From Hyalangium minutum (GTDB lineage: Bacteria; Myxococcota; Myxococcia; Myxococcales; Myxococcaceae): a stretch of DNA of 124,000 bases. Made by a program: the position numbers and the translations under genes. Location of the stretch: the NCBI RefSeq assembly GCF_000737315.1, contig NZ_JMCB01000003.1, forward strand, positions 20,001 through 144,000, read 5' to 3'. Below are positions 11,884 through 21,364 of the stretch, piece by piece. The notes under the pieces were generated by a model. That model saw only the letters and a program-made list of their open reading frames with translations. It was not told where the DNA came from and searched no databases. Numbering within the stretch: position 1 is the stretch's first letter; each line of letters begins with the position of its first letter.

Positions 11884-13857
11884 ATGAGCCTCCTCATCGC
11901 CCAGGATGTCTGCCTCTCCTACGGGAAGAAGGTCCTCTTCGACGACGCCAGCTTCACGATCGGCCCCCGGGATCGGGTAGGCCTGGTGGGAGCGAACGGG
12001 ACGGGCAAGAGCTCGTTGATGAAGATCATCGCGGGCGCGCAGCACGCGGACTCGGGAACGCTGACGTTCGCCCGAGGGACGCGCATCGGCTACCTGCCGC
12101 AGGAACTGGCGGGGCTTCCCTCCGGGACGGTGGTGGAGGCGGTGCTGAGCACCGTGCCGGGCCGCGACTCGCTGGAGGCCCGGCTGAAGAGCACCGAGAA
12201 GGCGCTCGCTGAGGCCCCGGACGAGGAGACCCAGCTGGAGCTGTCCCAGGAACTGGCGGACCTGCACGCGGAGCTGGATCACTTCGAGGACCACTACGGC
12301 CGGCACCACGCCGAGCGGATCCTCAAGGGCCTGGGCTTCCGGGACGCGGACTTGGCCAAGCCCACGGGGGCGCTGTCGGGCGGGTGGCGGATGCGCGCGG
12401 CGCTGGCGGGGTTGCTGCTCCAGGATCCGGACCTGCTGCTGCTGGACGAGCCCACCAACCACCTGGATGTGCCCACGCTGACGTGGTTCGACGGCTTCCT
12501 GAAGCGGTCGAACAAGGCGCTGATCCTCATTTCGCACGATCGGGACTTCCTGAATCGGCAGGTGGGGAGGGTGCTGGCGCTGGAGATCGAGGGCCTGCGC
12601 ACGTACGTGGGCAACTACGACGCCTACAAGCGCCAGCGGGCCGAGGAGATGGAGCTGCTGCGGGCTCGGGCGGCGAAGGTGGAGGCTCGGCGGGCGGAGC
12701 TGCAGGCGTTCATCGATCGGTTCGGCGCGAAGGCGAGCAAGGCCACGCAGGCGCAGAGCCGCGCGAAGATGCTGGCGAAGCTGGAGGAGGTGCACCTGCT
12801 GGAGGAGCGCGACACGGTGCACTTCCGGTTCCCGGAGGTGGAGCGCTCGGGGCGGGACGTGGCGATGCTGGAGGGGATCCAGAAGAGCTACGGCAGCCAC
12901 GTGGTGTACTCGGGGCTGGACGCGCGGGTGGAGCGGGGGCAGCGGATCGCGGTGATTGGCGCGAACGGCGCCGGTAAGACGACGCTGCTGAAGATCATGG
13001 CGGGGGAGCTGGTGCCGGACGGGGGCCAGGTGAAGCTGGGACACAACGTGGTGATGGGGTACTACGCGCAGCACCACGCGGACACGCTGGACAAGCGGAA
13101 CACCATCATTGAAGAGGTGCGGCCGCTGGCGGCGGACAAGCCGGAGAGCTTCGTGCGCGGGGTCCTGGGAGCGTTCCTGTTCTCGGGCGATGACGTGGAC
13201 AAGCCGATTGGCGTGCTGTCCGGAGGCGAGCGGGCGCGCGTGGCGCTGGCGAAGCTGTTGCTGCGGCCGTCGAACTTCCTGCTGATGGACGAGCCGACGA
13301 ACCACCTGGACCTGGACTCGACGGAGATGCTGATCGATGCGCTGTCGAAGTACGGGGGGACGCTGGTGTTCGTGTCGCACAACCGGGCGTTCGTGAACCG
13401 GCTGGCGAGCCAGGTGTGGGACGTGGTGGAGGGGAAGGTGGTGCCGCACACGGGGAACCTGGACGAGTACCTGTACCACCAGGAGCAGGTGCGGCTGGCG
13501 GCGGAGGCTGCGGCGGAGGCCGGGGAGAAGGGGAAGGGGACGGAGAAGGCGGCTCCGGTGGCGCTGACGGAGAAGGACCGCAAGCGGATGGAGGCGGAGG
13601 CGCGCCAGCGCCGGAGCGTGGTGGAGGGGCCGATCAAGAAGGAGATCGCCCGGATCGAGGAGCGGATCTCGAAGCTGGAGGCGGAGCAGAAGGAGCGCGA
13701 GGCGCAGCTGGCGGATCCGGCGCTCTACAACGACTTCGCGCGGGCCAAGCCGCTGATGGACACCCACCGGGCGGGCAAGGAGGCGCTGGAGACGCTCTAT
13801 ATGGAGTGGGAGGTGGCGCAGGAGAAGCTGGCCGCGGCCTCCGCGTCCCTGGGATGA
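11884..13857 (+). CDS. ABC-F family ATPase
   Basis: Two ABC cassettes (GANGTGKS/LSGG; GANGAGKT/LSGG), LDEPTNHLD, C-terminal coiled coil. Confidence 0.93.
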   Translation: MSLLIAQDVCLSYGKKVLFDDASFTIGPRDRVGLVGANGTGKSSLMKIIAGAQHADSGTLTFARGTRIGYLPQELAGLPSGTVVEAVLSTVPGRDSLEARLKSTEKALAEAPDEETQLELSQELADLHAELDHFEDHYGRHHAERILKGLGFRDADLAKPTGALSGGWRMRAALAGLLLQDPDLLLLDEPTNHLDVPTLTWFDGFLKRSNKALILISHDRDFLNRQVGRVLALEIEGLRTYVGNYDAYKRQRAEEMELLRARAAKVEARRAELQAFIDRFGAKASKATQAQSRAKMLAKLEEVHLLEERDTVHFRFPEVERSGRDVAMLEGIQKSYGSHVVYSGLDARVERGQRIAVIGANGAGKTTLLKIMAGELVPDGGQVKLGHNVVMGYYAQHHADTLDKRNTIIEEVRPLAADKPESFVRGVLGAFLFSGDDVDKPIGVLSGGERARVALAKLLLRPSNFLLMDEPTNHLDLDSTEMLIDALSKYGGTLVFVSHNRAFVNRLASQVWDVVEGKVVPHTGNLDEYLYHQEQVRLAAEAAAEAGEKGKGTEKAAPVALTEKDRKRMEAEARQRRSVVEGPIKKEIARIEERISKLEAEQKEREAQLADPALYNDFARAKPLMDTHRAGKEALETLYMEWEVAQEKLAAASASLG

Positions 13858-13878
13858 AGTGCTGACAGGCCCGCGCCC

Positions 13879-14361
13879 ATGAGCCTTCCTCCCGCAGCCG
13901 TCCCCGTCTCTGTCTCCAAGCGGATGGCCGTCGAGTTCATTGGGACGGCGCTGCTGCTGGCGACGATCGTGGGGTCCCGCCTCGTGGGGGAGCGGCTCTC
14001 GGGCGGCATGGTGGGCATCACGTACCTGGTGAACACCCTGGCGACCGCCTCGGTGATCGGCATGCCCGTCTTCTCCTGGCCCAACCCACCGAGAGCCACG
14101 CTCACGGAGATCACCGGTGAACTCCTGGAACGGCATGCCGTCGTTCCGCTCCCAGAGGCGCTGGACGATGCCGATCTGTTCATCACGCTGGGCTCTGCGC
14201 GCGACTGGCAGGCGCTGGTTGACGTCGTCCATGTCCATTGGGAGCTCCCGGCGTTGGCGGGGCTTGAGTCGGCGCGGTCTCATCAGGTGGTGGAGGAAGT
14301 CCGGGTGCGCGTGAAGCAGTTGCTGAGGGAGCTGGGGGTGGAGCGGCTGCGCGGCGTATAG
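13879..14361 (+). pseudogene. Degenerate chimera of aquaporin (MIP) N-terminus and ArsC/LMWP C-terminus
   Basis: AVEFIGTALLLATIVGS..GERLSGG..NTLAT followed by ADLFITLG..W.L..EEVRVRVKQLL; no Cys. Confidence 0.5.
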
Positions 14362-14432
14362 AGGCGTACACGCAGTCCGCGAACGGGGGTGGCCCCATTG
14401 AGCGAGCCGCCAATCGGTGCGATAGCAAGCGG

Positions 14433-15113
14433 ATGCTCTCGCACTTCGAGATGTTGGGACGGATCGCGGCGGGTGCGCTCCTGGGAGGCGCCATCGGGTA
14501 TGAGCGGGACCGGCATCGGCGGCCGGTAGGGCTGCGCACGCACCTGCTCGTGTCGATGACCTCGGCGACCTTCATGGTCGTCTCCTCCCAGTTCGCTTAT
14601 TTCCAGGGCTTCGAGCCTGGAGGCGGGGTGGAGGTTGACGCGTCCCGCATCGCGGCCTCGGTGGTGTCGGGCATCGGCTTCCTGGCGGGAGGTGCCATCC
14701 TGCGCACGGGGGCGACGGTGCAGGGGCTGACCACGGCTGCGGGATTGTGGCTGGTGACGGCGATCGGGCTGTCGGCGGGCTCGGGGATGTACTGGGAGGC
14801 CAGCTTCGTGACGGTGCTGGGGCTGATCGCGCTCACGTTCCTTCGCCGCTTCGAGGACAAGGACGATGCCCTGGTGCGGCGTCGGCTTGCCCTGGTGGTC
14901 TCGCCAGGGACGGGGATCCATCAAGTCACGGCGCTACTTCAGGGCCTCGATGTGCGCGTGTTGGACATCGAGTACGAGCGCCATTTCTCGGGGGAGCGGC
15001 ACACCACGGTGACTCTGGACGCGCAGATTCCGGCCTCGGTCACACCGGACAAGCTGGTCGAGGGGCTGGAGCAGGCCGAGGGCATCATCTCCATTCATGT
15101 CCGCGGTGCGTGA
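14433..15113 (+). CDS. MgtC/SapB family protein
   Basis: IGYER..VGLRTH, IAASVVSGIGFLAGG, GLTTAAGLW. Confidence 0.92.
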   Translation: MLSHFEMLGRIAAGALLGGAIGYERDRHRRPVGLRTHLLVSMTSATFMVVSSQFAYFQGFEPGGGVEVDASRIAASVVSGIGFLAGGAILRTGATVQGLTTAAGLWLVTAIGLSAGSGMYWEASFVTVLGLIALTFLRRFEDKDDALVRRRLALVVSPGTGIHQVTALLQGLDVRVLDIEYERHFSGERHTTVTLDAQIPASVTPDKLVEGLEQAEGIISIHVRGA

Positions 15114-15149
15114 CGGACAGGCTCACAAGTCCCCGGATAGCAGCCTCAC

Positions 15150-15908
15150 TCAGCCCGGAGTCACGCGCCCGCCAATCTCCGGGAAGCGCTCATACGCGCG
15201 CAAGAGCGCCTCCAGGTGCGCGGGGTTGTCGAGGTCGAGCGGCGTCTCCGTAAGCCGAACGACCCACCCGCCCGTTGCAGTGCGCCGCGCCCGAGAGAGC
15301 AAATCCGCATCGCGGGCAGGGTCGGGGAACCCGATGGCTTGTGCAGCGGCTGCCGACCAGTAGTTCAGCCACCCGAGGTGATGAGGAATCGCTGGCAAGC
15401 GAATGTGCTGGGGGAGGTTGAGCGCTGGGAGCCTCCGGGGCGGGACATGCGGCTGATCCATCGAGTGGCGAATTTGTTTCGCCATCTCCGGCGCCACGCC
15501 GTCCGGCAACATGCGCCCCCAGAACGCGCGTGCGCCTTCCGCCACGCCTTCCAGCACATCCGCCGCCGCTGCGATGCTGGCCGCATCCAGCGGCAGCTCT
15601 GCGTGGACTTCAAATTGGGACTGGCCGCCCGCGCTGAGGCGCGCAGGTCTTCCCCACCCCGTCACCGTCACGGGGTAGCTCTCGTCGCCGTTGCACAGCA
15701 GAGGGAGCTTCCCGCGCGCGCTCGCCTCAGCGAGCCACCCATCGCGTTGCGGCAACGCGATGGGTCGCCCCGCCTTTGACAGCTCCCATTCCAAGCGCAC
15801 ACCGGGGAGCGCCCGTTCGATTCCGTGGACGACTGCGAGCGTGCGACCGTCGTCGCCCACAAGCGCAGGCGCGTAGACGATGAGGATCAGGGTTCTCTGC
15901 TGGGTCAT
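15150..15908 (-). CDS. DUF5953-like protein, putative immunity protein
   Basis: Myxobacterial family signature (LGWLNYWSAAAAQAIGFPDP..WVVRLT..PLDLDNP); overlaps the upstream lipoprotein gene. Confidence 0.7.
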   Translation of the reverse strand: MTQQRTLILIVYAPALVGDDGRTLAVVHGIERALPGVRLEWELSKAGRPIALPQRDGWLAEASARGKLPLLCNGDESYPVTVTGWGRPARLSAGGQSQFEVHAELPLDAASIAAAADVLEGVAEGARAFWGRMLPDGVAPEMAKQIRHSMDQPHVPPRRLPALNLPQHIRLPAIPHHLGWLNYWSAAAAQAIGFPDPARDADLLSRARRTATGGWVVRLTETPLDLDNPAHLEALLRAYERFPEIGGRVTPG

Positions 15909-16618
15909 CGCTTGCACCCCGTGACGACAATGTTGAGGGTGAAATCCCGCTCGAGCAACGCGTTCTTGTGCTCTTGGGTGCTCACCCCAACGACAAAGCC
16001 ATAGCCACATGCCTCCGCTTTGTCTCGCTCTTCCTGCAACAACGGCACTTGCTCCAGAATCGTCTGCCGCCGGATGAAGGCGTTGTACGTGTCAAATCGA
16101 TGGGTCTTGATCTCCCACAGCACACGCACGCCGACTTGCAGCGCATCAAAGCGCTTGCCGTCAACGAGTACGTCATTGCCGGGGTAGCGGTTCGGCGGGA
16201 ACTGATCGGCGCACTGGTTATGCGGGTCATCTTCGCCCGCGTGCGGCACTGGGATGGGCTCGCACTCTGGGCGGCGGCGCTCCGCCGTCACCGGGGCAGG
16301 CGGGTCCCTCCTGTTCGCACTGGACCTCTTTGGTGTGGCGTTCGCCTCCGGTTCCTGCGAGGCCCGAGGCGCGTCTCCGGCCCAAAGTCCCGGCTCCCGG
16401 GTGGGCGGCAACACGCGTTTGTGCGGGCTCGGTGGCAGGGGCTGGGGGCGAACCTGCCCTGGCTGCCCGGGGGTGGGCAGGCCCGTGCCGGGCACGGCGG
16501 GTGGGCGCACAGGCGCCCAAGCGTAGGTCTCAGGCGCCTCTTGAGAGGTGGCGCACCCAGCGACGACGACGGCAACGGCAATGGCTTGGCGGAGTGGGCT
16601 GCAAGTTCGGAAGCTCAT
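15905..16618 (-). CDS. DUF6310-like lipoprotein, putative PD-(D/E)XK nuclease toxin
   Basis: Lipobox VAGC; Pro-rich linker; C-terminal FDAL..WEIKT. Confidence 0.7.
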   Translation of the reverse strand: MSFRTCSPLRQAIAVAVVVAGCATSQEAPETYAWAPVRPPAVPGTGLPTPGQPGQVRPQPLPPSPHKRVLPPTREPGLWAGDAPRASQEPEANATPKRSSANRRDPPAPVTAERRRPECEPIPVPHAGEDDPHNQCADQFPPNRYPGNDVLVDGKRFDALQVGVRVLWEIKTHRFDTYNAFIRRQTILEQVPLLQEERDKAEACGYGFVVGVSTQEHKNALLERDFTLNIVVTGCKR

Positions 16619-16659
16619 TCCACGTTCTTTTATCGAAGAGGGGCGGTGCGGGAACGAGG

Positions 16660-18129
16660 TCAGGGTTCTCCGGACGTGGGTGAACGTGGCGCATCGAACG
16701 TCGCGCGGATGCACTTGCCGTCGTACTCGTAAGCACCCGCACCGCAGGGCGGGTCCTTCTTCGAGATGAACCAGCAGGCCCCCAGGGCCTCGAGTTCATA
16801 GTCAGTATCGCAGGGCGGCTTCTTCTGCCCCGGCTGCGGAGCTTTGGGCATCGGAAGCCCCACCACGGAAGTCGCAGAAAGCACTGGAGGCGCTTGCACC
16901 ACCGACAAGAGGGCCTCCTCCCCCACGCCCGCGTCCGGTGCATCCATCGGCGGCACGTGATGCTCCTCCGTAATGGGAAGAGGCACAGGCTCCGGTGAGT
17001 TTCCGCCATGCCGGAACTCCGTCACTGCGAACACCAAGAGCCCGCCTGCCACGCTCGCAGTGGCCCATGAGAGCCAGAGCGGAAAGGTGTTGCGGAGGGC
17101 AGGGCGTTCGCGCTCCGTCGAGGGCCGTGCACTGCCCCTCTTTCTGGAGTGATTCGAAGGCGTGAGCTTGCGAGGAACCTCGTGCTCCGTGGGGACGGCT
17201 GCCGAAGTCTGGACAATGAGGGCATCCACCCGCCGGTCTGTTTGGTTTGCGGCCCGTTCCAGCGCCCGGACGATCTGCGCAGTGGTGCCGCGGTCCCGCG
17301 GATCCTCCGCCAGCAGGCGGAGAATGGTGCCCTCCAACTCCGGCGCGACTGCCGCGAACTCGCTGGGGCGCAGCAGCTTGCGTGGCTCCTCGGCGCGAGT
17401 CTCGGAGACAGGAGGAGGATAGCTTCCGGTCACCAGCCGGTACGCCGTCACCCCCAAGGCATACAGGTCATCTGAAGGGCGCGCTTCCCACCGGGCCTCG
17501 AGATCCTTGCGGTACTTCCACATGAAGCGCAGCAGTTCAGGCGCGCGGTAGGGCGTGGTGCCCGGCGGCACGAGGGTGTCGGTGAGGGCCCGAGCCTCCG
17601 GGAACCACGCTGCGCCGAAGTCAAGCAGCACCGCCCGCCCCTCTGGGGTGACGCGGATGTTGTCGCCTTTGACATCCCGGTGGATCACCCCTCGGGCATG
17701 CAGGGCCTCCAGGGCGCGGGCCACCGGCGCCAGCACCCGCAGCACCTCCCGGTTGGAGCGCGGCTTCTGGCGGAACCACTCGTAGAGGGTGGTGCCATCC
17801 ACCCACTCCATCACGATAAACGGGTAGCTATGGCCATCCGGTGAGGTCCAGCTCCCGAGCTCGTAGAAGCGCGGAACACTGGGGTGCTGAATCAGCTGGA
17901 GGATGTGCGCCTCTCGCTCGAAGCGCGGGTCGTCTGCCTGTTTGGCCACCTTCAGGGCCACGGGAGGAGCCGAGGGATCATCGGCTCGCCGGGCCCGGAA
18001 CACCACGCCATAGCTCCCGGAGTCGACGCGCTGCAGGAGGAGCCACGGGCCCAGGGTCGAACCCGCCGCCAGCACCTGGGACTTCACGAGGCCCACCACG
18101 TCATCACTCAAGAGAACTCCTCCAGCCAA
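16660..18129 (-). CDS. Ser/Thr protein kinase
   Basis: SGSYGVV, VALK, HRDVKGDN, DFG, GTTPYRAPE; TM and Cys-containing C-terminus. Confidence 0.88.
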   Translation of the reverse strand: MAGGVLLSDDVVGLVKSQVLAAGSTLGPWLLLQRVDSGSYGVVFRARRADDPSAPPVALKVAKQADDPRFEREAHILQLIQHPSVPRFYELGSWTSPDGHSYPFIVMEWVDGTTLYEWFRQKPRSNREVLRVLAPVARALEALHARGVIHRDVKGDNIRVTPEGRAVLLDFGAAWFPEARALTDTLVPPGTTPYRAPELLRFMWKYRKDLEARWEARPSDDLYALGVTAYRLVTGSYPPPVSETRAEEPRKLLRPSEFAAVAPELEGTILRLLAEDPRDRGTTAQIVRALERAANQTDRRVDALIVQTSAAVPTEHEVPRKLTPSNHSRKRGSARPSTERERPALRNTFPLWLSWATASVAGGLLVFAVTEFRHGGNSPEPVPLPITEEHHVPPMDAPDAGVGEEALLSVVQAPPVLSATSVVGLPMPKAPQPGQKKPPCDTDYELEALGACWFISKKDPPCGAGAYEYDGKCIRATFDAPRSPTSGEP

Positions 18130-18266
18130 GGCAGAGCGCCGGAAGGAAACCTACCGCATGGGTCTTATGACATAAACCCACTCTGTTGGGTTGAGGCAGG
18201 AGGAGGACTCCGTCGGTCCTTCACTCCGGTGAAGGCGCCTCGCAGGGCTGGTAGGCTGGGGCCGAC

Positions 18267-18623
18267 ATGTCCACGGACTCCGCCACCCAGCCTGCCGAGC
18301 TCACCCCCCGCCAGACGTTCGCCGGCGTCGTTCAACACTCCGCCAGCTTCGTGGCCATCATCGGCATCAGCGTGCTCTTCCTCCCGTGGTTCTCGGGAGT
18401 CTGGGCCCTCGGCGCGAGGATCGGCTTCTGGGGGTCGGTGGCCCTCACCGTGCTCGAATGCATCCACGTCGGCGTGTCAGCCCTCGCGACCGTTACGCTC
18501 AACGCCGCCGGCAAGCCGCGGCCGGGCGAGAGATGGATGGTGGCCTCCAACGCCGTGCAGATCGCAGGAGCGGCCGCAGGCATCGCCCTGGTCCTCTTCC
18601 TGCGCTCCAAGCTCTGGAGCTGA
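18267..18623 (+). CDS. Small hypothetical membrane protein
   Basis: 118 aa, 3-4 hydrophobic segments. Confidence 0.6.
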   Translation: MSTDSATQPAELTPRQTFAGVVQHSASFVAIIGISVLFLPWFSGVWALGARIGFWGSVALTVLECIHVGVSALATVTLNAAGKPRPGERWMVASNAVQIAGAAAGIALVLFLRSKLWS

Positions 18624-18631
18624 GAGCGCCC

Positions 18632-18928
18632 TCAACCCGTTTTGCGATGAGAGGCGCTCCGCAGGGGAGGGGACTCCGCCGCCGCCCGGGGCTCTGGCGG
18701 CTCCCGGCGCACCGGGGGCTGAGGCTCCGGCGCCGCCACCACCGACAGCGCCGGTTCCTGCGGCGGGTGGAGGAAGAAGCGCACCACGCGATCGAGGTAC
18801 TCCTCGACGGAGAGCCCTAGCTTCTTGGCGAGCTCGACGGTGTTGCCATCCACGAGCACTTTGCGCGACGGCGTCCCGGGTTTCGGGGCGGCCTGCGGAG
18901 CTTGAGGCTTCTGGGATTGCATGGGCAT
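18632..18928 (-). CDS. Hypothetical protein
   Basis: Fills the gap between genes; protein-like core VELAKKLGLSVEEYLDRVVRFF. Confidence 0.45.
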   Translation of the reverse strand: MPMQSQKPQAPQAAPKPGTPSRKVLVDGNTVELAKKLGLSVEEYLDRVVRFFLHPPQEPALSVVAAPEPQPPVRREPPEPRAAAESPPLRSASHRKTG

Positions 18929-19020
18929 TCCTCTGTCAGGTGATTGACATAGGAATGCAGCAAGCCATGAAGATGGGCTGTACTACTTTCGGGGTACGAC
19001 TCTGCGGCCGCCTGCTCCTT

Positions 19021-20064
19021 TCAGCTTCGATGCACGGGCAGCGTAGGAGGTATCGCCCCCGAGAGCGCTCGCATCGCCGAGGCCAGGGCTTCCACCGTGA
19101 CCGTGGACTCCGCGGCGCCCAGGCGCAGCGCCGCCTGGGGCATGTGAGGGGCGACGCAGCTCTCCGGGGGCTGCACGAACGTGAGCCCGCCCGCCCGGCG
19201 GATGGCCAGCAGCCCCGCCGCTCCATCCGAGCCCGTGCCCGTCAGCACCGCCCCCGCCGCCCGGTTGCCATGCGCCCGCGCCAGCGAGGTCAGCAGTGCG
19301 TCTCCCATCGCCAACTGCCGCCCGTGGATCAGCTCCACCTGCAGCTCCCCCGTCGGGAGCACCTGCAGCTGGTGCCCGTCCGGTGGCAGGTAGACGTGGC
19401 CCGCCTCGGGCTTCGTGCCCGTGCGCGCCACTTGCAGCTCCAGCGCCGAAGCCGCGCTCAGCCACTGGCGCAGCCCCGAGGTGAAGCCCACCGACACGTG
19501 CTGGGCGATGAAGAGCGGGTAGGGGAGGCTCGGCGGCAGCAGGGACAGCAACATCGCCAGCGCCGGAGGCCCTCCCGTGGAGGCCACCAGCCCAAAGCCG
19601 TGCACCCGCCCGCTGCGCAGCACCGGCGGCGGTGTGGGGTGGCTCAGCCGCGGCTTGCGGCTCCCCAAGGGAACCTCCGCCATGGTCCGGATCGTGTGGA
19701 TCAACTGCTGGCCGAAGCTCGTCAGGCCCTCCCGGCCCGGCGTGGGCTTGGGCATCACCTCCAGGGCTCCGGCCTGCAGCGCCTTGAAGGACAGCTCCGC
19801 GTCCACCGCCCCGGAGATGACGAGGATGCGGCTGGGCGACTCGGCCATGATGCGCTCGGTGGCGTTGATGCCATCCATCCGCGGCATCCGGACATCCAGC
19901 GTGACGACGTCTGGGCGGAGCGCCTGCGCCATCGCCACGGCTTCCTTCCCATCGTTCGCGGTGCCCACCACTCGGATGTCCGGGGCCGCCGCCAGCAGTC
20001 CGGTGAACATCCGCAGGATCGTGGGCGAGTCGTCCGCGATGAGAACCTGGACTGGCCTATTCAT
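19021..20064 (-). CDS. cheB: CheB-type response regulator methylesterase (copy 1)
   Basis: Receiver ADD..TLDVRMP; ASTGG, QH, LTGTGSDG. Confidence 0.88.
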   Translation of the reverse strand: MNRPVQVLIADDSPTILRMFTGLLAAAPDIRVVGTANDGKEAVAMAQALRPDVVTLDVRMPRMDGINATERIMAESPSRILVISGAVDAELSFKALQAGALEVMPKPTPGREGLTSFGQQLIHTIRTMAEVPLGSRKPRLSHPTPPPVLRSGRVHGFGLVASTGGPPALAMLLSLLPPSLPYPLFIAQHVSVGFTSGLRQWLSAASALELQVARTGTKPEAGHVYLPPDGHQLQVLPTGELQVELIHGRQLAMGDALLTSLARAHGNRAAGAVLTGTGSDGAAGLLAIRRAGGLTFVQPPESCVAPHMPQAALRLGAAESTVTVEALASAMRALSGAIPPTLPVHRS

Positions 20065-20234
20065 GAGCACCTCGGAGGGCCGTCGAGAGCGCTGCGGAGG
20101 GTGAATGAATAGCCTGGATCCACATGGGCGTCCCCCCTACCCAAGTAGAACGATGATCAGGGTCTGGCCGTCGTGACTTCCGTGGCGAAGTGTGAACCGA
20201 CCACCACTTGAGCGAGGGCACCTGCCGCCGTGTT

Positions 20235-21287
20235 TCAGTTCCGAACCGCCGGAGTCACGGGCGCCGCGCCCGTGAACGAGCGCATGGCCGCGGCCAGGGC
20301 TTCGAGCGACAGCATCTGATCCGTGGCGCCGCTGCGCAGCGCGGCCTCGGGCATTCCCGGGACGACACAGCTCTCGGGGCTCTGCGCGAAGGTCCTCCCG
20401 CCCGCCTTGCGGATGGCCAGCAGCCCTGCCGCCCCATCCGAGCCCATGCCCGTGAGCACTGCCCCCGCCGCCCGGTCCCCATAGGCCAACGCCAGCGAGG
20501 ACAACAGCGTGTCTCCGAGTGAGGCCTTGCCAACGGGGATCGGCTCGACCTGCAGATCCCCCGCGAGTGTGACTTCGAATTGGTGCCCGTCCGGCGGCAG
20601 GTACACGTAGCCGGGCTGAGGCCGCACGCCCGTCTGCGCCACCTCGAGCTGCAGCGAGGACGCCGCGCCCAGCCACTGGCACAGGCCCGCGGTGAAGCCC
20701 ACCGACACGTGCTGGGCAATGAAGATCGGATACGGCAGCTGCGGAGGCAGCAGCGACAGCAGGTGGCAGAGCGCCGGAGGTCCTCCCGTGGAGGCCACCA
20801 GCCCAAACCCTGTCACCCGCCCGCCCTGGGGCGCGGGGGCCACCGGGCTCGGAGCCTGCGCGGGGGCCAGCGCCACCTGCCGCTGGCTCACCGGCAGCTC
20901 GGCCATGGTCCGGATGATGTGGATCAGCTTCACCCCGAAGTTGGCCAGCCCTTCCAGGTTGGGGCGCGGCTTGGGCATGACCTCCAGCGCCCCGGCCTGC
21001 AGCGCCTTGAAGGACATCTCCGCATCCACCGCCCCCGAGATGACGAGGATGCGGCTGGGGGCCTCGGTCATGATGCGCGAGCTGGCCTCGATGCCATCCA
21101 TCCGCGGCATCCGCACGTCCAGGGTGATGACGTCCGGCTGCAGCGTGCGTGCCAGCTCCAGGGCCTCGGCCCCATCCTTCGCCGTGCCCACCACTTGGAT
21201 GTCGGCCGCTGACGACAGCAGCGCCGCGTACATCTTCAACATGGTGGGCGAGTCGTCAGCGATGAGGACCCGGATGGTGGAGCTCAT
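20235..21287 (-). CDS. cheB: CheB-type response regulator methylesterase (copy 2)
   Basis: Receiver; ASTGG, QH, LTGMGSDG. Confidence 0.88.
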   Translation of the reverse strand: MSSTIRVLIADDSPTMLKMYAALLSSAADIQVVGTAKDGAEALELARTLQPDVITLDVRMPRMDGIEASSRIMTEAPSRILVISGAVDAEMSFKALQAGALEVMPKPRPNLEGLANFGVKLIHIIRTMAELPVSQRQVALAPAQAPSPVAPAPQGGRVTGFGLVASTGGPPALCHLLSLLPPQLPYPIFIAQHVSVGFTAGLCQWLGAASSLQLEVAQTGVRPQPGYVYLPPDGHQFEVTLAGDLQVEPIPVGKASLGDTLLSSLALAYGDRAAGAVLTGMGSDGAAGLLAIRKAGGRTFAQSPESCVVPGMPEAALRSGATDQMLSLEALAAAMRSFTGAAPVTPAVRN

Positions 21288-21364
21288 GTGTGCACCTCGG
21301 AGGCAGGGGCGAGACTGCCCCAGAAACCGGATTCACGCCATGCACAGGTGAGCCCCGAAGCCCG

